Both the position numbers and the translations under genes were made by a program. The notes beneath the pieces were generated by a model that saw nothing but the letters and a program-made list of their open reading frames with translations, was not told the origin of the DNA and ran no database searches. DNA of 64,000 nt from Candidatus Fermentibacteraceae bacterium. Lineage in GTDB: Bacteria > Fermentibacterota > Fermentibacteria > Fermentibacterales > JCC-6. Shown here piece after piece: positions 57,258-64,000 of the stretch. The stretch lies in contig JBGSZS010000004.1 in the NCBI GenBank assembly GCA_041750285.1, positions 64,001-128,000 on the forward strand, written 5' to 3'. How positions within the stretch are numbered: position 1 is the stretch's first letter; the number at the start of each line of letters is the position of its first letter.

Positions 57258-59135
57258 ATGGACAGCGTTGCACTGGCCGGGGAAAACCGGGTTTCGGAAC
57301 TGCATCGAATTCTGAGGAATGATAGGATCACCCCGCTCTTCCAACCCGTGGCAGACGCAATGGAACGAAGGATTGTGTGCTTCGAAGTGTTCTCAAGAGG
57401 GGTTCACCCCCTGGAATCCCCGGTGGAGCTCTTCCGCGCTGCAGCGTCCGCCGGAATTCTGTGGGAGGCAGAGGAAGCCGCAAGGAACTCAGCCCTCAGG
57501 AGAATAGCATCGCTGAGGGATCTCTCGTTCAAGACCAGGTTCTTCATCAACACATCCCCCTCGACGATATGTGACCCGAGGATGACCCTCGAATACATTC
57601 TGCAGTCACTTGACTCGTTCTCGCTGGGACCGGAGCACCTGGGTTTCGAGATCCCGGTTCCCGAAGTCAAGGGCACGAAAATCCTGCTCATGAAGCTTGA
57701 GGAGCTGGGCACGGCAGGCATCAGCTTCTCACTGGACGACTTCGACCCATCAAACCATGCTCATCAAAAGCTTCTGGACACGCCCTCTCCGGAGTACGTC
57801 AAACTGCCGGGGGGGATCGTTCACAACCTGGGACGCTACAACATGGGCCAGCAGAACATCCGCAGAGCCATTGGAACACTTTCGGATCACGGCTCCACAC
57901 TCGTCGCCAAGGGCGTTGAGGATTGGACAGAGCTGGAGACACTTCTGACGCTCGGTGTGAGGGTGGTGCAGGGTTATCTTGTTGCTAGACCCGAAAGCAG
58001 GCCGCCGCAGATACAGGAGGACTTCCACGGCGGAGCACTGAGAGCCCTTTCGGGAATCATCTGCTCCGGCGGCTCGGCACCGGGAAGGGAAGTAAGCACC
58101 GTGTGCACCATGCCCGTGGTCATCGAAGCCGCCTCAAGGAACTGCGACGAACTTGACTCGATGTTCCGGAACGACCCTGCTCTTGACCATGTGGTGACCA
58201 CTCACCTGGGAAACCCCCACGGCCTCGTGACCAGAAAAGGTTTCTACCTGAAGACCGGAGGAAGGTTCGGATTCTCTGTTTTCCAGAGGGAGACGCTTGA
58301 TGCCGTGGCCGACAATGACCCCATGGTGGTGGGTGACGGAGTCAGGATAGCCGAGGTGGCAGAAGCCGCAATGAACAGGCAGAGCGATGATGTATACGAT
58401 CCGGTCCTTGTGGTGGACTGGTCGGGAGCCCTTGTTGGAACCGTGACAGTGATGCAGCTGCTCAATGCCGCAATAGACTCGGAACGCCGCAACAGCGGTG
58501 TTCTTGATCCCCTCACGTCCCTGCCGGGAGGGGTGCCCCTGCAGCGCAAGCTCATGGAAGCCATTGCGCTGAAGTCTTTCTACCTTGTCGCCACCAACAT
58601 CAACGGGTTTCGGGCGTTCAACCATGTCCACGGCTTCGACCAGGGCGACAGGATGATCCTCCTTCTCGCGGAGATCATGGCCAGACAGGTGAAAACGTTC
58701 GTACGGGATGCCTTCATCGGCCACATGGGTGCGGATCGATTCGCGGTGGTGAGTTTCATGCCTGTCCCTCTCGAGTGCCTGGCGGGGATTTGCAGTGAGT
58801 TCGACCGCAGAAGCAGCAGCCTCTTCTACACCTGGAAGGAGCAGGAGACCGGCAGCATGGAGCTCATGACCGGCTCGGGAATCTCCCTCAGAACACCCCT
58901 TTGCACGGTTTCGGTTGCAGGCACCGGCAGTGCCAATTTCAACGGGGACAGTCAGCCTGTCGCCCTCGTCTTGGACGCTGTCGAATCCCTTCTGAAGAAA
59001 GCGAACAGGCTCTGCCTCTCCGACGAGAAGAGCTCGCTGATCCTCGACAACAGGGTGAGAAGCATCAGGAGTTCCAGGGAAGCCAAAGAGGACGCGGTTC
59101 TCGAAATGAACGCGGAGTACTCCACCTCATCCTGA
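57258..59135 (+). CDS. EAL-CBS-GGDEF domain protein, degenerate motifs
   Basis: FQPV, FEVFSR, LDDF, VAKGVE, VQGY (EAL); central CBS-like pair; DPLTSLPG and GHMGADRF (GGDEF-like). Confidence 0.85.
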   Translation: MDSVALAGENRVSELHRILRNDRITPLFQPVADAMERRIVCFEVFSRGVHPLESPVELFRAAASAGILWEAEEAARNSALRRIASLRDLSFKTRFFINTSPSTICDPRMTLEYILQSLDSFSLGPEHLGFEIPVPEVKGTKILLMKLEELGTAGISFSLDDFDPSNHAHQKLLDTPSPEYVKLPGGIVHNLGRYNMGQQNIRRAIGTLSDHGSTLVAKGVEDWTELETLLTLGVRVVQGYLVARPESRPPQIQEDFHGGALRALSGIICSGGSAPGREVSTVCTMPVVIEAASRNCDELDSMFRNDPALDHVVTTHLGNPHGLVTRKGFYLKTGGRFGFSVFQRETLDAVADNDPMVVGDGVRIAEVAEAAMNRQSDDVYDPVLVVDWSGALVGTVTVMQLLNAAIDSERRNSGVLDPLTSLPGGVPLQRKLMEAIALKSFYLVATNINGFRAFNHVHGFDQGDRMILLLAEIMARQVKTFVRDAFIGHMGADRFAVVSFMPVPLECLAGICSEFDRRSSSLFYTWKEQETGSMELMTGSGISLRTPLCTVSVAGTGSANFNGDSQPVALVLDAVESLLKKANRLCLSDEKSSLILDNRVRSIRSSREAKEDAVLEMNAEYSTSS

Positions 59136-59294
59136 CGATCTCATAGATCCTTCAGCATGTCTTCTGGACACAGGATTAAGAAGTTCGCTTGACAATCGTT
59201 CATGTATCACACGGCAAACCTGTGTGTATAACGAACAATCATCAACGACAATGACTGTGCATGGGATGATCTCTTACGAAGTCGCCCCTGCTGA

Positions 59295-60263
59295 TCAGCG
59301 GCTCTTCCCGAACCTTGCCGAAAGCCTTTCGAGCATGTCCGCCGTCATCGAGGGAAGGTCCCAGGCCGGTTTCCAGCCCCACTCCTCCCTGGCGGCGCTG
59401 TCGTCGATGCTGCATGGCCACGAATCGGCTATGGCCTGCCTGAAGTCGGGCTCGTAGCTGACCCGGAAGGCGGGGATGTGCTTCCGTATCTCCGCCGCCA
59501 GCTCACCGGCCGTGAAGGAAAGGGCGCCCACGTTGAAGTCGGCGCGGTGCTTGAGTCTGGACGGATCGGCCTCGGCCAGGTCGATGGTGGCCTTGATGCA
59601 GTCCGGCATGTACATCATGGGAAGCGAGGTGTCCTCCTTCACGAAGCATGTGTACTCGCCGTTCTGAACGGCCTTGTAGAAGATGTCGACCGCGAAGTCG
59701 GTGGTGCCCCCGCCGGGAGGGGTCTCGGAGCTGATGATGCCGGGGTAGCGCAACCCGCGAACGTCCGCTCCGAAGCGCCTTGCGTAATAGTCGCCAAGGA
59801 GTTCGCCGCACACCTTGGTGACCCCGTACATCGTCCTGGGCTTCAGGACCGTTTCCTGCGGGGTGTTCATGCGCGGGGTCTCCGGTCCGAAGACGGCAAT
59901 GCTGCTTGGGACGATCACGGTGCCGAGCTTCATCTCAACCGCCATGTTCAGCACGTTCAGGGTGCCGTCCATGTTCACCTTCCAGCAGAGGGCGGGGTTC
60001 TTCTCGCCGGTGGCCGAGAGTATGGCGGCGAGGTGGTAGACCGTGTTTATGCCGTGCCTGACGATGATGCCCTTCAGCATCCCGGGATCGGTCACATCGA
60101 GTCTGTCGCAGGGGCCGGTTTCGGCCAGAGGGCCTTCAATGGTTCTTACATCGGTGGCCAGCACGTTGTCGTGGCCGTAACGCTCACGAAGCGCAAGGGT
60201 GAGTTCGCTGCCGATCTGACCCATGGCGCCGGTGACAAGGACTTTGGGGGTGGTCTTGGTCAT
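59295..60263 (-). CDS. L-threonine 3-dehydrogenase (extended SDR/epimerase family)
   Basis: VTGAMGQIGSEL, HLAAILSATGE, PSSIAVFG, YGVTK, PGGGTTD, LPMMYMPD, RQAIADSWP. Confidence 0.88.
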   Translation of the reverse strand: MTKTTPKVLVTGAMGQIGSELTLALRERYGHDNVLATDVRTIEGPLAETGPCDRLDVTDPGMLKGIIVRHGINTVYHLAAILSATGEKNPALCWKVNMDGTLNVLNMAVEMKLGTVIVPSSIAVFGPETPRMNTPQETVLKPRTMYGVTKVCGELLGDYYARRFGADVRGLRYPGIISSETPPGGGTTDFAVDIFYKAVQNGEYTCFVKEDTSLPMMYMPDCIKATIDLAEADPSRLKHRADFNVGALSFTAGELAAEIRKHIPAFRVSYEPDFRQAIADSWPCSIDDSAAREEWGWKPAWDLPSMTADMLERLSARFGKSR

Positions 60264-60317
60264 CAGGGCTCCTGTATGCAAAGTTTGCGGGATCGTTCCG
60301 GGGAAAGCGGCATGCTA

Positions 60318-61649
60318 CTAAGAAACGCCCCGGATTTCAAGTATTACGGTTCCGGGTGCAATGTCGTCGAGCTTCCCGGTGTCCAGCACCCTGCCGAAGA
60401 CCGTGTAGCGTCCCTCGAGCCTGCCGTGCCTGTCGAGGGTGATGAAGAACTGGCTGCCGCCGGTGTCGAGCCCGGCGTCGGCCATGCCCACGGTTCCCCT
60501 GACGTACGGGTAGATGCTTCTTTCCGCAGGAAGAACGTATCCCGGGCCGCCGAAACCGTTCCCCTCGGGGCAGCCCGCCTGCGCGACGAAACCCGGTATC
60601 ACCCTGTGAAACCTCATCCCGTCGTAGAAACCGCTCCCGGCCAGATGCACGAAGCTCTCACAGGCGATGGGCGCCAGTTCCGGGAACAGCTCGATCGTGA
60701 ATGTCCCCTCGGTGGTTACTATCTCAAGCATGTCCGGCACGACGGCCCCGCTTCCGCCGGTGAAGACCGAGTCACGCTCTTCCCCGACGGGCGCGATCTG
60801 GAGCATCTCCATGACGACCGCCCCCACCAGGGGGTACGTGTCCCTCCTGAGTATGGAGAGCTGCCCCGGGTCGGGCCGCCATTCCATCCCGGCCAGGGCA
60901 ATGAGCGCCGCTCCCCGGCGTCCCGGGTCGGTCGAGGTGAGAAGGATCTCTTCAAGGACCGGGATGTCACTCAAAAGGCCGATCGCCATGTTGCCGACCG
61001 GACCTTCCGTACCGGAAAGCCTCAGGATGGCTTCGGTGTTCCCCGATACCTCGGCGGCCTTGAGGGCGACCGCTGGCACCGGGTCGCCCACGAGTGCAGC
61101 GGCCATGGCGCTGTCCGCCCGTTCGACCGCTGCGAAGCGCACGGCCCAGCACGGGTCATCGAGGAATGGCCCTGGATTGATCCTGGCCGCGTAAACCCTG
61201 GCAAGAGGCGGGAGGTCGCCGGTCACGGCAACCTGAACACCCGTCTCGGATCCGTATCGAAGAAGCGCCTCGGGACTGCGGGAGAAGGCGGAAGGGTCGG
61301 GAACGACCATGCCCGTCCTGCCGAACACCTCAAGGGCCAGCGCGCCCGTCGAGTCGGGAACGACCCCCGCGAACATCAGCGCGAGTTCCATCAGCTCCGG
61401 AAGCATTTCGGGCTCCCTGCCTTCGCTCATCAGAAGAAGTTGTCTTCTGAGGGCGGCGTGCAGCAGTGCCGGGTTGTGCCTCACGCCTTCCGGCGAAGGC
61501 AGGAGGGTCGGCTCACCGAACTCCAGAAGGGCTGGCGAGGCTGGATCGGCCGGCAGGGGTTCTCCGCCTATCCGGGCGGCGAAGGCGTTCCCGCGGGAGT
61601 AGCCCGAGACCCCCGGCATGAATGTCAGCAACAGCATGATGGGTATCAC
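60318..61649 (-). CDS. Cyclophilin-type peptidyl-prolyl isomerase with N-terminal HEAT-like repeats
   Basis: C-terminal FYDG..FHRVIPGFVAQ.G.P.G.G.GGPGY, GMA.AG.DTGGSQFFI, YTVFGRV; D..WAVR.AA HEAT-like motifs. Confidence 0.88.
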   Translation of the reverse strand: MIPIMLLLTFMPGVSGYSRGNAFAARIGGEPLPADPASPALLEFGEPTLLPSPEGVRHNPALLHAALRRQLLLMSEGREPEMLPELMELALMFAGVVPDSTGALALEVFGRTGMVVPDPSAFSRSPEALLRYGSETGVQVAVTGDLPPLARVYAARINPGPFLDDPCWAVRFAAVERADSAMAAALVGDPVPAVALKAAEVSGNTEAILRLSGTEGPVGNMAIGLLSDIPVLEEILLTSTDPGRRGAALIALAGMEWRPDPGQLSILRRDTYPLVGAVVMEMLQIAPVGEERDSVFTGGSGAVVPDMLEIVTTEGTFTIELFPELAPIACESFVHLAGSGFYDGMRFHRVIPGFVAQAGCPEGNGFGGPGYVLPAERSIYPYVRGTVGMADAGLDTGGSQFFITLDRHGRLEGRYTVFGRVLDTGKLDDIAPGTVILEIRGVS

Positions 61650-61939
61650 TCCTCCCCCTCCTCCACGTCTTCGGTTTCGGCGATCTCTTCAATGTCCTCG
61701 TGAAACTCCTCGCTGAGGGTGTCTATTATCTCCCTGGCCTTTTCCTCGTCGCTCTCCAGAACCAGCACGTAACCCCAAACCTTCCTGAAGGCCATCGCTA
61801 TGGTGCCGTATGCCGGGATCTGTCTGCTCTGTACAGCGGCCTCGATGCCTTCACCCCGAAGGATTGAGCTTATGCTTATTGCCTCGATCTCGCTTCCGGC
61901 CTCGAAGACCCTCACGAGCTTCTCTTCGTCCAGTGACAT
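61646..61939 (-). CDS. DUF2007-like protein
   Basis: EA..I.S.L..EGI.A...V.V...D...AREI; acidic tail. Confidence 0.75.
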   Translation of the reverse strand: MSLDEEKLVRVFEAGSEIEAISISSILRGEGIEAAVQSRQIPAYGTIAMAFRKVWGYVLVLESDEEKAREIIDTLSEEFHEDIEEIAETEDVEEGEE

Positions 61940-62009
61940 GGTGCCCCCTTACTGAGTTCACGGCGGGTGAAGTATAATCTTTGGCCGACATCATGAAAGG
62001 ACTTCTGAT

Positions 62010-63296
62010 TTGACCATACTCGAAGAGATACGGAACGGCGGAACGCCCGATACGGTAAGGAAAGCCTGCGAGACCGAGCATTTGTCGCCCGAAGAGCTGT
62101 CCCGCTCCATCGGCCTGGGCCACGGGATAGTCCCCGCGAACCTGCTGCGCAACATCGTGAAACCCTGCGCCATCGGGGGCGGTTCCCGGGTGAAGGTGAA
62201 CGCCAACATTGGAAGCTCGCGCGACCTCGAATCAATGGAACAGGAACTCCTCAAGCTGAAGACTGCCGTCGCCTGCGGCGCGGACACCGTGATGGACCTT
62301 TCCACCGGCCCGGCATGGCGCGGGATCCTCTCGCACATCCTTTCGCACAGCCCGGTTCCGATCGGCACCGTCCCCCTCTATCAGGTTTTCGGTGAGGTGC
62401 TTGAAAAGGGGGGTGACGTGTCCGATGTCTCGCCCGAAGACATCTTCCGTGCCGTCGAGGAGCACTGCAGCGCCGGGGTCGACTACCTCACCCTCCACTG
62501 CGGGGTGACAAGGCGTTCGGTTGCCCTGCTGAAGAGCAGGGGCCGGAGGATGGGCATCGTTTCACGGGGCGGCTCGCTCATGGCGGAATGGATGGAGAAA
62601 AGGGGCGAGGAAAACCCCCTCTACTCCGGTTTCGACAGGCTGATCGAGATTCTTCGCCGGTACGACGCCGTTTTCTCGCTGGGTGACGGCCTGCGGCCCG
62701 GGTGCGTCTCCGACGCCGGCGACACGGCGCAGATGGAGGAACTGGTGACGCTGGGCGAGCTGCAGCAGCGTTCACTGGCCGCCGGTGTTCAGGTGATGAT
62801 CGAGGGTCCCGGGCATGTTCCCATCAACCGCATAGCCGAGAACATCCGCATCCAGAAGACCGTCTGCAACGGAGCCCCGTTCTACGTTCTGGGCCCCATC
62901 GTGACCGATGTGGCTCCCGGGTACGACCACATAACGAGCGCCATCGGCGGCGCCATTGCCGCGGTTAACGGCGCGGATTTCCTGTGCTACGTGACCCCCG
63001 CCGAACACCTCAGGCTCCCCGACGTCAACGACGTCAGGATGGGCGTCATCTCCGCCCGGATAGCCGCCCATGCCGCCGACATGGCAAGGGGGATCCCCGG
63101 GGCGGTGGATTGGGACAACGCCATGGCCGATGCCAGGGCATCCTTCGACTGGGAGAAGCAGTTCGAACTGTGCATGGATCCCCAGACCGCAAGGAGGATG
63201 AGGGGCGAAGCCCTTCCCGAGGACGGCGATGTGTGCTCGATGTGCGGCCACCTGTGCGCCCTGAAGACAAGCAGACGAACCCTCGGGAAAGCCTGA
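62010..63296 (+). CDS. thiC: Phosphomethylpyrimidine synthase (ThiC/Bza family, short form)
   Basis: KVNANIG.S, GADTVMDLST, GIVSRGGS, SLGDGLRPG, EGPGHVP, GYDHITSAIG, CYVTPAEHL, CSMCGHLC. Confidence 0.9.
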   Translation: MTILEEIRNGGTPDTVRKACETEHLSPEELSRSIGLGHGIVPANLLRNIVKPCAIGGGSRVKVNANIGSSRDLESMEQELLKLKTAVACGADTVMDLSTGPAWRGILSHILSHSPVPIGTVPLYQVFGEVLEKGGDVSDVSPEDIFRAVEEHCSAGVDYLTLHCGVTRRSVALLKSRGRRMGIVSRGGSLMAEWMEKRGEENPLYSGFDRLIEILRRYDAVFSLGDGLRPGCVSDAGDTAQMEELVTLGELQQRSLAAGVQVMIEGPGHVPINRIAENIRIQKTVCNGAPFYVLGPIVTDVAPGYDHITSAIGGAIAAVNGADFLCYVTPAEHLRLPDVNDVRMGVISARIAAHAADMARGIPGAVDWDNAMADARASFDWEKQFELCMDPQTARRMRGEALPEDGDVCSMCGHLCALKTSRRTLGKA

Positions 63297-63302
63297 TCCC
63301 GC

Positions 63303-64000
63303 CTAGAACGAGTACCTGTCCAGCATGAAGATGGTGGAAGGGACCACCGGCAGCTCCTGCCTGACCCTGTAGAGGTAGAACTCGTCGGGTTCCCAGCCCA
63401 GGTTCCTGAAAACCTCGGCAAGCATCTCGCCGTAATCAGGCACCAGGGGGGTGTAGGTGCCGTCAAGGCCGCTGCCCCTGATCGAAATGGTGGTTTCGAT
63501 GGGCAGCCTGTCGCACTTGAAACGCCTGGACAGCGGGCCGCTTCTCCCGTTGAAATCCCCCATCACCTCGACCCTGGGCTCCTGCGCGAGAAGAAGGCTC
63601 TCGTGTACGAACTGGTCGAAGACGAGGTTCTGAACGGGCGTATAGACGCTTATGAAGACCTCGTGGGTCCTGTCGCCGGCCGGAATGTCGGATAGGCGGA
63701 AAACGTTCCGGGTCACCGTGCCCGTTACCGAGTTCATCAGCGTTGTGTTGCCGACAGGCCCCTCGACAAGCTCGTACGTGGGGCCGCAGGCGCTGCGGGT
63801 TATTGCCTTCACCTCGGGCAGGGGGTCGCTGCAGTAGTTCAGCAGGAACGGGACGTTCTTTTCGAGGTTCGACCCGGCTTCGGGGTCGATGGGCTCGGCG
63901 GGAAGCGGTTCGCCGGTCGGGGCGTTGAGGCATTCGCTGTGAACTATCCAGCGGGTCGACCTGCGGTTCCGCCTTATTTTGTACAGGCCCTTCAGGATCG
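63303..64000 (-). CDS. Conserved-looking hypothetical protein, 5' end beyond the window
   Basis: The frame of ORF 63303-63812 stays open to the window edge (ILKGLYKIRRNRRSTRW...PFLLNYCSDPLPEV...); normal GC3-rich codon pattern. Confidence 0.7.
   Translation of the reverse strand, partial: ILKGLYKIRRNRRSTRWIVHSECLNAPTGEPLPAEPIDPEAGSNLEKNVPFLLNYCSDPLPEVKAITRSACGPTYELVEGPVGNTTLMNSVTGTVTRNVFRLSDIPAGDRTHEVFISVYTPVQNLVFDQFVHESLLLAQEPRVEVMGDFNGRSGPLSRRFKCDRLPIETTISIRGSGLDGTYTPLVPDYGEMLAEVFRNLGWEPDEFYLYRVRQELPVVPSTIFMLDRYSF

Noticed and set aside
59478..61703. 741-aa plus-strand ORF
   Set aside because: Antisense shadow of the dehydrogenase and cyclophilin genes; no recognisable motifs; typical of high-GC DNA.
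61940..62009. GGTGCCCC...CTGAG resembling the start of a TPP riboswitch
   Set aside because: The downstream aptamer core is absent; the sequence is the reverse-strand RBS of the DUF2007-like gene.

Overview
GC-rich (roughly 60% by eye), gene-dense bacterial chromosomal window, mostly housekeeping and envelope genes. These include rocD, tex, a stand-alone fusA, msrBA, smpB-amidase-murI-rph-rdgB, tRNA-Leu(CAG), rfbC, nth, xseAB, miaB, glgB, an aldehyde:ferredoxin oxidoreductase with its 4Fe-4S partner, an SDR-type threonine dehydrogenase and thiC. Several secreted proteins carry a T9SS/FlgD-like C-terminal domain (C25 gingipain-like protease, M1 aminopeptidase, a beta-propeller protein, a lamin-tail repeat protein), and a PorV-like barrel is present. 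This points to an anaerobic FCB-superphylum organism, possibly Candidatus Fermentibacterota (inference). I see no integrase, transposase, reverse transcriptase, CRISPR array or rRNA. The clearest unexplained structure is a 181-bp element (30870-31050) bounded by perfect 38-bp inverted repeats between two convergent genes, with the left arm supplying the nth stop codon. Other leads: a PilGHI/Xap-like ABC module with a His-rich lipoprotein and a cNMP-binding protein, very short uncharged signal peptides across the window, an AT-rich GT87 islet next to a decayed lipoprotein gene, a possible 32-aa leader ORF on rocD, and a G8 tract in the AOR promoter spacer. All product calls come from motif recognition by eye, not database searches.
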